Source of the DNA: an uncultured Gammaproteobacteria bacterium
Lineage (GTDB): Bacteria; Patescibacteriota; Microgenomatia; Levybacterales; GWA1-39-11
Length of the DNA stretch: 64,000 nucleotides
NCBI GenBank assembly: GCA_964531275.1
Contig: CAZHDZ010000004.1
Location: forward strand, 3,068-67,067
Direction of reading: 5' to 3'
Shown: piece by piece, positions 25,685-35,536 of the stretch
Layout of the letters: every line of letters begins with the position of its first letter
Numbering within the stretch: position 1 is the stretch's first letter
Program-made: the position numbers and the translations under genes
Notes under the pieces: generated by a model
What the model was told of the DNA's origin: nothing
What the model saw: only the letters and a program-made list of their open reading frames with translations
Databases searched by the model: none

Positions 25685-26822
25685 ATTCTGAGTTATCCAT
25701 GCCATTACCCAACGATAATTGTTTGATTGTAGGAAAAGAAGACCCCATAATCCCCTCCAGCTCTCCTGCCAATTTTGCTACACTCATTTGTGCTTTTTCG
25801 ATCTGCATTTCCCGTCTTTTCCATATCCTCTCCATAGATCTTCTTTCGGAATCAAGGTCAATTCTCATCGTTTGAATACTTTCTACATATCCCTCGATCC
25901 TGTGTCTAAATGAATCACTTTGAAGATATTGGTATACCATCTCAAGCGTTTCATCTTTGCTTTCAGCAGCTGATTTCGCAGCAGCAGTTTGCATGATACC
26001 TCGCCTTACAAGAACCGCCAATGAAATGGCAAAACTATAATTAGTAACAAGCACACTTTCTATAAATCCAAAATTTTGGATATCTTTTGGCAATTCTTCA
26101 GATACCAAAATAGATGAAGTTGCACTTACTTTTCTAGCATCTTCTCGAAGCTTTGGCAACCATGCTGGAGACCATTTTGCCCTCTTTGTTTCCCAAAGAA
26201 TGGAACCTGCTACCCGACCCATAGAATTTCTGACAGTCTGGACAATATCTCCTCCCTTTGATCCTTTGGCAACCGGCTCGATTAAGTCTGTCGGAAAAGC
26301 TGCTGAAAGTTGTTCTTCCAAATCAACTTCAAGAACTTCTCCCTGAACCTGCTGACTTACTCCTGAGGCTTTACGATTTGCCTCCTCAAGCATTCTTTTA
26401 AGATTCTCTATCTGTGTCTCTTTTTCTTTTTCCTTAAATCTATGCTTTTCCTCTTCTTCTCGTACTATTTTTTCCTCTATTTTTTTCTTCTCTTCATCCA
26501 TACGTCTTTCGACATCTAACGTGATTTGCTTTTTTTCTTCTTCTACTTTTCTTTTTTCTTCTCGAAGTTCAATTTCTTTCTCACGAAATTCATCATTCTT
26601 CTTCTTTTGATCCATTAACTCTTTTTGCAACTGCTCTAAGTCCTGCGCGCTCTTTTCAGAAAATTCTTTTTTTGCTTTTTCTTCAGCTTCAGCTCTTGCT
26701 CGCTCTATGTCTTTTTTATGTACCATGTCAAATTCTGACTTTGCTTCTTCCTTCACCTGATGCAGTAATGCTTCAGAAAGTTCCATTTCTTTTCCGCAAT
26801 GCTTGCAAGTAATTGTATTCAT
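25677..26822 (-). CDS. DUF2130-type coiled-coil protein (PD-(D/E)xK-like core)
   Basis: N-terminal CKHCG knuckle, long E/K coiled coil, SQQVQGEVLE, FPTD.IEPV.KG..GGD, ILWETKR..WS..WLPKLRED. Confidence 0.85.
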   Translation of the reverse strand: MNTITCKHCGKEMELSEALLHQVKEEAKSEFDMVHKKDIERARAEAEEKAKKEFSEKSAQDLEQLQKELMDQKKKNDEFREKEIELREEKRKVEEEKKQITLDVERRMDEEKKKIEEKIVREEEEKHRFKEKEKETQIENLKRMLEEANRKASGVSQQVQGEVLEVDLEEQLSAAFPTDLIEPVAKGSKGGDIVQTVRNSMGRVAGSILWETKRAKWSPAWLPKLREDARKVSATSSILVSEELPKDIQNFGFIESVLVTNYSFAISLAVLVRRGIMQTAAAKSAAESKDETLEMVYQYLQSDSFRHRIEGYVESIQTMRIDLDSERRSMERIWKRREMQIEKAQMSVAKLAGELEGIMGSSFPTIKQLSLGNGMDNSEYD

Positions 26823-26878
26823 AAGAACGTCAGTGTACTACCCAATGAAAATACTGTCAATTAAGTTATGATAATTAA

Positions 26879-28384
26879 ATGAAAGATAAAATATTAGCAG
26901 CTCTTTGTGCCATTTACTTACTCATTACGTCCTTTAATTTAACGCTTCTTCCTATTTTCAATGATGAAAGCATCTATCTTGATTGGGGAATACGAGCAAC
27001 AACCCAGCCGGGGATGCTTTATTACTCAGTGTATGACGGCAAACCGCCTCTTATGATTTGGTTTTTTGGAATTTTTGAGCAGCTTTTGCCAGACCCGTTG
27101 TTAGCTGGACGGCTTGTTTCGATCATTTTTGGCCTTGCAACTCTTCTTGGGATCTTTTCTCTTAGTAAATTTCTTTTTGGCAAAAAAACGGCATATATAA
27201 CGAGCGTTCTTTATATATTCTCCCCGCTTATCTTTTTCTTTAATCGTCAAGCCCTTATGGAATCTGGTGTTGCTGCCACTGGAGTCTGGTCGACATATTT
27301 CTTTATTCGATTTCTAAAGTCTAATATGCCAAAGCACGCCTTCTATTCAGGTCTAATTTCAGGCATTGGACTTTTTATTAAAACCAACGCGACATTTTTT
27401 CTCATTGTGTCTCTTGTAGCAGGTACGTATAGAGCTTATAAAACTAAAAGTAGCATTACGGTAAAATCACTATTTCTCATGATTGCTGCATTTTGTGGCG
27501 GTTCAATTCTTCTTCTCATAAATCCCGACTTTTGGGCAACAATGCACCGAAATGCTCGATACGGAATGACTTTGTCTGAGCTATTACGCTTTCCTATTGG
27601 AATCTGGGCAAATAGTCTTTATATAAATAGCCTGATTTTATTAACAACCATTACACCATTTATATTAATAGCTTCTATATATGGACTTATTCAATGGAGG
27701 AAAAAATACGCCCTATTCATACTTCTCATTGTATCTCCAATCATTCTAGAGACTCTAACCGTAAGACAGCCTGTTCAGAGGTATCTCGTAAGCTATACCC
27801 CGTTACTGCTTATTCCAGCAGGATTTGTCTTTTCAAATCTTATTAATAATAAAAAACCCCTAGGCTTTATAGTCTTTCTAGTTTCCATCTTACCCGCATT
27901 ATATTTGGTGTGTTTACAGATTTTTTCACCAGTTACATACTTTCACACAACGCGCCTTGTCCCTAACATTACTGATAATGGATATATTGCAGGTCAATTA
28001 TCAGGGTACGGAGTAAATGCTCTTGTCCCCAAGATAAATGCTCTTGCAGATAAAAAAATTCTTGTAATGTTTGCTGAAAATACAGGGAATCCTGAGAGTG
28101 CAGTCAATATATATTTTGAAAAAAATAAGAATATACAGACAGGATACATGCAAAGCAGCTACTTTGGAGATCAATTAAAAAACTATACCTGCATTATTGA
28201 GAAAAATGGAACACCTATGTATTTCGTTAGTAGATCTTCATATTTAGCTGGCCTTGAAAAATTCATAACTCAAATCGATACAATCAAACTTCCTGAGTCT
28301 CAAGAGTTTATTGGGATATACAGAGTAAATAATGACTGTCCAAAAGAGAAAAGCCTTATAGTGGAGCCTGTAATGAGTCCTTAG
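26879..28384 (+). CDS. GT-C fold membrane glycosyltransferase (GT39/ArnT/PMT-like)
   Basis: PIFNDESIY, DGKPPL, multiple TMs, RQALME, IKTNA. Confidence 0.85.
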   Translation: MKDKILAALCAIYLLITSFNLTLLPIFNDESIYLDWGIRATTQPGMLYYSVYDGKPPLMIWFFGIFEQLLPDPLLAGRLVSIIFGLATLLGIFSLSKFLFGKKTAYITSVLYIFSPLIFFFNRQALMESGVAATGVWSTYFFIRFLKSNMPKHAFYSGLISGIGLFIKTNATFFLIVSLVAGTYRAYKTKSSITVKSLFLMIAAFCGGSILLLINPDFWATMHRNARYGMTLSELLRFPIGIWANSLYINSLILLTTITPFILIASIYGLIQWRKKYALFILLIVSPIILETLTVRQPVQRYLVSYTPLLLIPAGFVFSNLINNKKPLGFIVFLVSILPALYLVCLQIFSPVTYFHTTRLVPNITDNGYIAGQLSGYGVNALVPKINALADKKILVMFAENTGNPESAVNIYFEKNKNIQTGYMQSSYFGDQLKNYTCIIEKNGTPMYFVSRSSYLAGLEKFITQIDTIKLPESQEFIGIYRVNNDCPKEKSLIVEPVMSP

Positions 28385-28731
28385 TCAACTATTTTTCCTT
28401 CGACATATTTACCATGCGAATAAGTTTCAAGAATTTTTACATTTTTAGCATTTGCTTTATAAGCTACATCAAAAATGACCCCGAGGAATGGGATAAGTCC
28501 CACGATAAAGTCAATGGCAATATTAAGAAGCATTTTTAGAAAATCTGTTTTTGAAACTCCAACTTTGTAAGCTGTGTGCAAAATAAAAAGACTAAGGAGT
28601 GTACCGATGATATCACCGACCCAAGGAATAATATTAATAATCGGATCGAGGCCAAATCGCACACCACTAATATTGAACTGTGAGTCCAATAATTTTGCGA
28701 GCATTCTAGCTGTTCGTATTCGTTTGTCCAT
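28381..28731 (-). CDS. DUF4112 family membrane protein
   Basis: LLDSQF...RFGLDPII.IIPWVGD...IDFIVGLIPFLG.IFD..YKAN.KN. Confidence 0.85.
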   Translation of the reverse strand: MDKRIRTARMLAKLLDSQFNISGVRFGLDPIINIIPWVGDIIGTLLSLFILHTAYKVGVSKTDFLKMLLNIAIDFIVGLIPFLGVIFDVAYKANAKNVKILETYSHGKYVEGKIVD

Positions 28732-29008
28732 TAATTAAAAAAGTGTTAATTTCAGAGAGCAGTTCGTTTTGTCCATTATCAAGCTTAGGGGACGTTGGAT
28801 CAATACCACATTCTGTAAGAAAACCATCATTAATGTTGTTAAAAATTTTGTAAAGATCGTAATCTGTAGGCAAATCCAACCCATCAAAGCTTCTACCTGA
28901 AAGAAAATAGTAGTATTGACCTTTTCTGAGGGGATGTTCCCGAAGACGTTCTTCTAATGGTTCGGCGTCCGATACTACAACAGCATTCTTAGGGATCTCG
29001 ACGTTCAT
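28706..29008 (-). CDS. Hypothetical protein
   Basis: 100-aa ORF overlapping the DUF4112 start. Confidence 0.45.
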   Translation of the reverse strand: MNVEIPKNAVVVSDAEPLEERLREHPLRKGQYYYFLSGRSFDGLDLPTDYDLYKIFNNINDGFLTECGIDPTSPKLDNGQNELLSEINTFLINGQTNTNS

Positions 29009-29051
29009 TTTAAAAAATATATCACAAGAAAAGTTGCTATATCAAGAAGGA

Positions 29052-29315
29052 TTATTGCCGTACGTTTTGAGGAAAACCGGCTATTAACTCTGCTAACCTT
29101 TCTGCCTCTGTGAGAGGAGGAATCTGCAACAAAGCTTCAGTTGCCTCATGATCTTTACATGCTCCAAATCTATATTCCGGCCTTTGTCCTCCTTCAGTTT
29201 TGTCTACATAATTCGTGAGAGGGGTTTCTCTTATTCTTTTCTCATAAGGTTCATATGTGCATACCCACACCTGTCCTGTCGTTGCGTCAAATGATGGAAT
29301 TTGTCTTTCTGCCAT
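29052..29315 (-). CDS. Hypothetical protein
   Basis: 87-aa ORF; TACAAT 7 nt before ATG. Confidence 0.5.
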   Translation of the reverse strand: MAERQIPSFDATTGQVWVCTYEPYEKRIRETPLTNYVDKTEGGQRPEYRFGACKDHEATEALLQIPPLTEAERLAELIAGFPQNVRQ

Positions 29316-29355
29316 GAATGAAATTGTACCAGAAAGATACAGTAATGCAATGAGT

Positions 29356-30069
29356 CTAGCTTATTTTCAGATGGTACTTAAGGGTAAATATCCAGTCTTC
29401 GTCAAAATAGTCACTATTTAATTTTTGCTCCAACATCCATTCCAAATAATTTTTGTCGTAAGAGAGAACTTCTTCTATTTTTTTACCTTTGTGCTTACCG
29501 TAGTTAAATATTCGCAGAAGCAAGGGCTTTTCTGAAATTTCCATCATTTCATTCAAAATATTTTCCTCGCTGTGCCCTTCATCTTTCATACGCTTGTAGA
29601 GATATTCAAATAATTTCTCAAGCACAATAACATCCCCTTCAGCATCGTGCGCAACAGCCTTAACATTGAAATCTAAATAATACCTGAGATATTGCAAGCC
29701 GTATTCAGGAATTTCGTTATCCAAATCCAAAAATCTAATAATCTTTAACGTATCAATAAATCTTTTAACCGATATTCCTTCTTTATACAGCATCTCCACG
29801 TCAAAAGAAGCATTGTGAGCAACAAGGATATTCTCATCTAAGATGTTTTGTAAATCCTTCTTCATCTGAGAAGAAAAGAATGGCTCTGAATTCTTCACCA
29901 TTTCATTAGTTATATGGGAGATGCTCATAGACTTAACAGAAATTGGAATTTCTGGCTTGAAATATGAAGATACAATCGTCCCTTGGAATTTATAAGCGAC
30001 CTGGGTAAGCCTATCTACAAGGAAATCTATACCCGTCGTTTCTGTATCAAGATATACAACTTTATCCAT
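29356..30069 (-). CDS. DEDDh 3'-5' exonuclease (DnaQ/ExoX-like) with C-terminal G-K-H-K-G domain
   Basis: YLDTETTG, LVAHNASFD, IDTLK, AHDAEGDV, FNYGKHKGK...YLEW; start set to ATG 30069. Confidence 0.88.
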   Translation of the reverse strand: MDKVVYLDTETTGIDFLVDRLTQVAYKFQGTIVSSYFKPEIPISVKSMSISHITNEMVKNSEPFFSSQMKKDLQNILDENILVAHNASFDVEMLYKEGISVKRFIDTLKIIRFLDLDNEIPEYGLQYLRYYLDFNVKAVAHDAEGDVIVLEKLFEYLYKRMKDEGHSEENILNEMMEISEKPLLLRIFNYGKHKGKKIEEVLSYDKNYLEWMLEQKLNSDYFDEDWIFTLKYHLKIS

Positions 30070-30119
30070 TATATTGAGGCTAATTGTATCATACAATGAA
30101 GGTTTTCGAAGATTTTAGA

Positions 30120-30659
30120 CTAAAGCAATCCTAACTTTTTAGAACATCCTCCCCATGGACCCCATCCACGGCGGGACTGAAGAAGCTTACCTTTTGATAT
30201 TTGCTCTTCGGCAGACGCATCCGATGGTTTCCCGATTCCACCTACAGAGGCCCATGCACCAAGAGAAAATTGAAGACCTCCATAATATCCGTTCCCTGTA
30301 TCAGACTTCCAATTTCTATGAGATTCACAATCTGCAATCTTATACCAAATCTCATCGCTTGAAGCATTAACAATAGGAGTTGGTGTGGGGGTCACTTTGT
30401 CTACTTCAAAACTCATTGCAATTATTTTCTCTTCATTAGGTGCTTGCGGAGGATTTATAACTTCACGTTTTGTTGCCCCAAGACCTGCTCCCAGAAAAAC
30501 ACTTTCCTGACGATATTTAACGTCTGACTCAGAATGAGCTACCCGAGCAGTATGGGTTATCAAAAAACCAGCAGATATTAGCACTATTGAGACGATAAAA
30601 CATACTCTAAAAACGAGGGACGTGAAGAAACTAGGCACTATCGGTTGTGCACTTTCCAT
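30120..30659 (-). CDS. Membrane-anchored resuscitation-promoting-factor (Rpf)-type lytic transglycosylase
   Basis: N-terminal TM; W..IADCES..NW..DTGNGYYGGLQFS..AW..VGG...A..EEQI...GWGPWGGC. Confidence 0.88.
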   Translation of the reverse strand: MESAQPIVPSFFTSLVFRVCFIVSIVLISAGFLITHTARVAHSESDVKYRQESVFLGAGLGATKREVINPPQAPNEEKIIAMSFEVDKVTPTPTPIVNASSDEIWYKIADCESHRNWKSDTGNGYYGGLQFSLGAWASVGGIGKPSDASAEEQISKGKLLQSRRGWGPWGGCSKKLGLL

Positions 30660-30753
30660 CTTTGTAAATTATACTGACACTGAACCTATGATGCAAATTT
30701 GAAGCTATTTTTGATGTATTGACATATCCCAATACTGGTATATAAATAGTTAT

Positions 30754-31884
30754 ATGCGCTCTCAACTGTCCAAAGTGCTTTCTGCTTTTTTGTTTGTAAT
30801 CCTTGCAATTCTTCTCATAATTAACGCTCCCGATGCGAAAGCTGCAACAGCAAATTCAGTTGTTATCTCAGAAATTCAAGTAGGTGTGGCCGGCACTGGA
30901 AACTCTACTCAAGAATTCATTGAACTTTATAATCCAACAGATTCAGATGTTAATTTAAGTAATTGGAAAATTGCTAGAAAAACACAGGGTGGCGGTTCTG
31001 ATATTCCAGTTTCCCCATTGGTAGGAGTTATAAAATCCCACGGCTATTATCTTGTAGCACACATTGATTATTCGGGTACTCCAGCCGCTGACATTGAATA
31101 CTTCGAACAAGAACCCATTGCTCCAAATAACACTATTTTGCTTTATGGTGGAGCCGATGGTACAACATTAGTAGATAAGGTGGGAATAGGAACAGCTACA
31201 GACAAAGAAGCGTCAGCTGCACCGGCCCTTACTAATAATGGAAATAGTGTAGAAAGAAAGGCTAATGCCTCCTCTACGATTGAAACCATGACAACTGGAG
31301 CCGACATGCTTATGGGCAACGGTGAAGATACTAATAATAATGCTTCTGATTTTATTATGAGGACAGTTTCAAACCCTCAAAATTCATCAAGTTCAGTTGA
31401 GCCAGTACCCACAGCTACTCCTACGTTAACAACGACACCTACTGCTACCATGACGCCAACAGCAACCCCAACAGTAACTGTTACTCCTACAGCTACTCCA
31501 ACCCCAACAATGACTGCAACCCCGACTCCAACTGCAACGATCACACCAACAATCACAATGACGCCAACAACAACACCCACGGTAACCGCTACCCCCACAG
31601 CTACCCCAACACCTACTGTGACAACCACTCCTACAGCTACAGTGACCCCAACTGTAACTGTCACACCAACCGCTACTCCAACTCCTACTGTCACAATAAC
31701 TCCAACAGCAACACCTACTCCAACTGTTACAATGACTATCACTCCAACAACAACAGTAACTCCAACTCCTATTGCTACATTCCCAACATTTAAAGTCGTT
31801 TGCACAAATAAAATTCTTAGCTTCAATATTCTCTCTATGCACTTCAGTGTGCCCCTACTTACCTGCAACGTAGTCAAACTCTAA
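30754..31884 (+). CDS. Secreted lamin-tail-domain protein with long Pro/Thr repeat
   Basis: Signal peptide; VVISEI...[15 protein letters not shown]; DTNNNASDF; ~120 aa (TPTAT)n. Confidence 0.85.
   Translation: MRSQLSKVLSAFLFVILAILLIINAPDAKAATANSVVISEIQVGVAGTGNSTQEFIELYNPTDSDVNLSNWKIARKTQGGGSDIPVSPLVGVIKSHGYYLVAHIDYSGTPAADIEYFEQEPIAPNNTILLYGGADGTTLVDKVGIGTATDKEASAAPALTNNGNSVERKANASSTIETMTTGADMLMGNGEDTNNNASDFIMRTVSNPQNSSSSVEPVPTATPTLTTTPTATMTPTATPTVTVTPTATPTPTMTATPTPTATITPTITMTPTTTPTVTATPTATPTPTVTTTPTATVTPTVTVTPTATPTPTVTITPTATPTPTVTMTITPTTTVTPTPIATFPTFKVVCTNKILSFNILSMHFSVPLLTCNVVKL
31405..31775 (+). repeat. Coding Pro/Thr tandem repeat (ACN CCN ACN...)
   Basis: Degenerate repeats encoding TPTATPTPT... 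within the lamin-tail gene. Confidence 0.8.
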
Positions 31885-31929
31885 TTCTTGTAGTCAAGCC
31901 TCAAATACTGTACGCTTTTAATATTATCA

Positions 31930-32976
31930 ATGGACAAGTTAGATAAAGATCTTATTGAAGACTTAAAGTCAGAATCCTTGCGGTATATCTCCGATAGTAA
32001 TCCTGGTTTTTTTAGGCAAAAGAATCGAAATACTTTTTCGTACTATGATACCTATGGCAATAAGATTAAAGATGATAAAACACTCACCAGAATTCAAAAA
32101 CTAGTAATTCCGCCTGCGTGGAGGCATGTATGGATTTGCCCACAGGCAAATGGACATTTACAAGCGACAGGAATAGACGAGAAGGGCCGAAAACAATACA
32201 TTTATCACGAAGACTGGGTAAAGATAACTCAGCAGAATAAATTCTCTAAAATGATCGATTTTGGATTATCCTTGCCATTGATCCGTCAGAAGGTACGACA
32301 TGATATGAATATGTCTGGAATGGACAAGAGGCAAATAATAGCAACTATTATCTGGTTACTAGAGCACACATTTGTTAGGATTGGCAATGAAGAATATAAA
32401 AAAGAGAATGACTCTTACGGCTTAACAACTCTTCACAACCGTCATGTAAAAGTTAAAGGAAATGAAATGGTATTTAGGTTCCGCGGCAAGCATGGAGTTG
32501 AAAGTATCATTGAAGTTACAAATCCAACAATTGCCAAAACAATTAAAAAGTGCATAGAGCTTCCGGGCTATGAGCTCTTTCAATATATAGACGAAGATGG
32601 AAGAAAGCATGTTGTAGACTCGCAGGATGTAAATGAATTTCTTAAGGAAATTACCAACGATGAATTTACAGCAAAAGACTTCAGGACTTGGGGTGCAACA
32701 AATTTATCTTCAAAAATTCTTAATACAATTGGGGAAGCTGAAAATAAAATAATGCTTCAAAAGAACGTACGCTCAATGGTGAAAGAAGTAGCTTCGCATT
32801 TAAATAACACAGTGAATGTATGTAGAAATTACTACATACATCCGACCGTTATCAAAACGTACTCAAAAAGAATACTCGTACCACATTTCGCTAATCACAA
32901 AGGGAAAAAGCCCAATATTAAAGGCCTTACATGGAGCGAAGAGGCTCTAGTTAAATTACTACAGAAATATTCGTAA
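31930..32976 (+). CDS. DNA topoisomerase IB (bacterial/poxvirus-like)
   Basis: IPPAWRHVWIC, GHLQATGIDEKGRKQYIYH, RIGNEEY, FRGK, AKDFRTW, NT..VCRNYYIHP. Confidence 0.93.
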   Translation: MDKLDKDLIEDLKSESLRYISDSNPGFFRQKNRNTFSYYDTYGNKIKDDKTLTRIQKLVIPPAWRHVWICPQANGHLQATGIDEKGRKQYIYHEDWVKITQQNKFSKMIDFGLSLPLIRQKVRHDMNMSGMDKRQIIATIIWLLEHTFVRIGNEEYKKENDSYGLTTLHNRHVKVKGNEMVFRFRGKHGVESIIEVTNPTIAKTIKKCIELPGYELFQYIDEDGRKHVVDSQDVNEFLKEITNDEFTAKDFRTWGATNLSSKILNTIGEAENKIMLQKNVRSMVKEVASHLNNTVNVCRNYYIHPTVIKTYSKRILVPHFANHKGKKPNIKGLTWSEEALVKLLQKYS

Positions 32977-32978
32977 TT

Positions 32979-33401
32979 CTAGAACCCCTCGCCATCTTCC
33001 TTCTTCATAGCACCTTCTGCATTGTGAGAGACATTTCCATCCATGTCTACTGAATCACCATTTTGAAGCAAAACCTCTTTACCATCTTTTTGTGTTATTT
33101 TTCCCTCAGAATTAATCTTATCTCCATTGGTAAATGACATTTCGCTATCCAAAGTACTCATAACGCCATTTTGGATTACCCAAATAACATTATCTTTCAT
33201 AACCACTCTGTTAGCATCAGATTTAACTTTCTCCATGGTCTTATCTTTTTCTGCAACCATTTTATTCAATTCAAGAATTTGTGGTTTGTACTTTGCACGT
33301 GCAACTAAATATCCACCCGCAAAAGCGATTATAAGAGCTACAACGACCATTATCTTCATAGACTTATCTTTATCAGCAACTGTACTTTTTTTACTAGCCA
33401 T
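32979..33401 (-). CDS. Membrane-anchored hypothetical protein (DUF6799-like beta repeats)
   Basis: TM + coiled coil + MKDNVIWV..NG..MSFTNGDKI..GKI..DG..L.NGD..DMDG. Confidence 0.6.
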   Translation of the reverse strand: MASKKSTVADKDKSMKIMVVVALIIAFAGGYLVARAKYKPQILELNKMVAEKDKTMEKVKSDANRVVMKDNVIWVIQNGVMSTLDSEMSFTNGDKINSEGKITQKDGKEVLLQNGDSVDMDGNVSHNAEGAMKKEDGEGF

Positions 33402-33499
33402 AATAATTCACCACCTTTCTTAACTAAATTGATACTTATTATTTAATAGTTATTTACTGGGGGATGTCAAGGAGAGGAGGGGGACTTTATCACTCAAAG

Positions 33500-34303
33500 C
33501 TATTGCAAGGGAAAATACTCACGCACTATCTTTACAGATTTGGCAATGTCCCTGTAGTATTTTTCTCGGGCATTGAGTATGCGTGGACACAGCTCTAGAT
33601 TTATAAGTCCATCATATTTTGTTTCTTTAAGATATGTTAAAAAACTATGGTAATTAAGATCTCCATCTCCAAGCCCCATATGCTCTTTCTTTTTCGTGTA
33701 ATCAGATAAGTGAATGTTTTTTAAATACGGACTTATTTCAGCGAATCCATCTGCCTTATGAGGCTCTGGCTCCATTAGATGCGATATATCTAGAGTAAAA
33801 CCAAAATTATATTTCTTACATAATGTATCGAAGTACTCAAGGTCTGTTGCGCTATCATGATGTTTCTTGCTTACATAGTGGAACATTGGCATCAACTGAT
33901 AAACATTTGTCATATTTTCTATCAGAATATCAACTTCATACTTTTTCCTCATTTCAACAAGCCATTTATAATATGCTTTCGATTTATCTGAATTGAGATG
34001 CTGATTAACTAAGGGATGAGCAACAAATTTAGCATCAAATTTCTTTGCAAAATACATTGCTTTCTCGTCCTGCCAATAACCTGCAACTGACCATGCTGGC
34101 TGATGAATAGAAAGAATAGGCACACTGTACCTTTTAGAAAGTCTGACAAGCTTACTAAGATAAAATCGAGTTTTCCACCCAATAACAACTTCAAGTCCTA
34201 CTTTTAGATGAGAGGCGAGCAGAAAATATTCTTCAAGAGCAATACCGAGGGGAATATCTGCAATTGAAAAAGTCAGAGAAGGACCTTTCTTTGGTGAATC
34301 CAT
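33500..34303 (-). CDS. Sugar phosphate isomerase/epimerase-like TIM barrel (xylose isomerase/AP endonuclease 2 fold)
   Basis: SIHQP, LIENM, TLDISH, IHLSD, EHMGLGDG, INLEL; start set to ATG 34303. Confidence 0.8.
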   Translation of the reverse strand: MDSPKKGPSLTFSIADIPLGIALEEYFLLASHLKVGLEVVIGWKTRFYLSKLVRLSKRYSVPILSIHQPAWSVAGYWQDEKAMYFAKKFDAKFVAHPLVNQHLNSDKSKAYYKWLVEMRKKYEVDILIENMTNVYQLMPMFHYVSKKHHDSATDLEYFDTLCKKYNFGFTLDISHLMEPEPHKADGFAEISPYLKNIHLSDYTKKKEHMGLGDGDLNYHSFLTYLKETKYDGLINLELCPRILNAREKYYRDIAKSVKIVREYFPLQ

Positions 34304-34339
34304 ATCATATTCTACCACTAAAAGTTGTATACTAGCCTC

Positions 34340-34939
34340 ATGTATTCCCAAGCAATCTCCCACTTTAGAAAAGCAGACCCATTACTTTACGAGTTGGCAA
34401 AAAGCATTGATCCATTTGTTCTTGAAAAAAGCCCAAACCACTTTATAAGACTCGTACGAACAATTGTCGGCCAACAACTATCGGTTAAGGCTGCTTCTAC
34501 TATATTTGGTAGATTTGAGAAATTATTTAAGGACGAAATTAATGCAGCAGAAATTCTAGAACTTAAAGACGCTGACATGAGAGCATGTGGAATTTCATAT
34601 CCAAAGATTAAATACATAAAAGATCTTTCTGATAAAGTACATACGAAAGAACTGCTACTCGAGACTTTTGAAGAGGCAGACGAAACTACTATTATTGAAA
34701 ATCTCACTCAGGTTAAGGGTATCGGGACTTGGTCTGCAGAAATGTTCTTAATGTTTGCGCTTGCTCGTCCTGATGTATTTTCCGTAGGAGATTTGGGCCT
34801 TCGAAATGCAATGATAAAGTTGTATGGACTAACAAAGCCTACCAATGAAGAATTGCTAAAAATAGCTGAAAAGTGGAGTCCTTACAGAACGTATGCGTGC
34901 AGAATTTTATGGCAAAGTCTCAATAACTCTCCAAAATAA
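34340..34939 (+). CDS. DNA-3-methyladenine glycosylase II (AlkA-like, HhH-GPD)
   Basis: IVGQQLSVKAA, LTQVKGIGTWSAEMFLMF, DVFSVGDLG, WSPYRT; start set to ATG 34340. Confidence 0.9.
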   Translation: MYSQAISHFRKADPLLYELAKSIDPFVLEKSPNHFIRLVRTIVGQQLSVKAASTIFGRFEKLFKDEINAAEILELKDADMRACGISYPKIKYIKDLSDKVHTKELLLETFEEADETTIIENLTQVKGIGTWSAEMFLMFALARPDVFSVGDLGLRNAMIKLYGLTKPTNEELLKIAEKWSPYRTYACRILWQSLNNSPK

Positions 34940-35368
34940 CTAGTACCCTATTTTCTTAAGGATTTTCATATAAGCTTTTGTCGGAACAGAAAGATCCATC
35001 TTGCTCATTTCAGCAAGACTGAACCATGCGAGCGCACTGCATTTTTCTGGTTCTTTAATGAATGGCTTTCCTTTCTTTATTTTTGCTATGAACCCTGATG
35101 TTATCCAGTGTTGGCCCTCTTCTTTTATAATATGGTCAAGAACAGGTAGCTGTTCATAGGTTGTTATCTCTATCCCCAGCTCTTCTTTCATCTCGCGCTT
35201 AATGGTAGCCTCCATTGTATCCCCAAACTCTACCCCTCCACCGGGAAATTCCCACTTTCCCCGCTCATTTTTAGCTTTAGGACCACGTTGAGAAAGTAGT
35301 ATCTTGCCATTCTTATCAACTATTACTGCTCCAATTCCTACACCAATATAATCAATTCCTTTTTTCAT
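34940..35368 (-). CDS. NUDIX hydrolase
   Basis: PGGGVEFGDTMEATIKREMKEELG Nudix box; EPEKC; start set to ATG 35368. Confidence 0.9.
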   Translation of the reverse strand: MKKGIDYIGVGIGAVIVDKNGKILLSQRGPKAKNERGKWEFPGGGVEFGDTMEATIKREMKEELGIEITTYEQLPVLDHIIKEEGQHWITSGFIAKIKKGKPFIKEPEKCSALAWFSLAEMSKMDLSVPTKAYMKILKKIGY

Positions 35369-35430
35369 ACCACAAATATACCACACTACCAAGGGATGAA
35401 CTAGTGATTGATGGGTAGTGATTAGTGGCA

Positions 35431-35536
35431 GGGTAGCATAGCATTGGGACCTATTGAGAATACGACGCAAGCATATGATTAACGAGCAGAGCGGGCGGAT
35501 GTATTCGCGAGATGGGAGAATACGATGACAGGACCC
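35431..35536 (+). other. ~106-bp GC-rich imperfect hairpin element, copy B
   Basis: GGGT...GGGACCTA...GAATAC//GTATTC...ATGGG...CAGGACCC; abuts the murB stop; same architecture as 39554-39650. Confidence 0.55.

Noticed and set aside
31377-31877. Antisense ORFs (Val/Gly-rich and Cys/Ser/Trp-rich) over the PT repeat
   Set aside because: Shadow frames of the ACN-CCN repeat of the lamin-tail gene.
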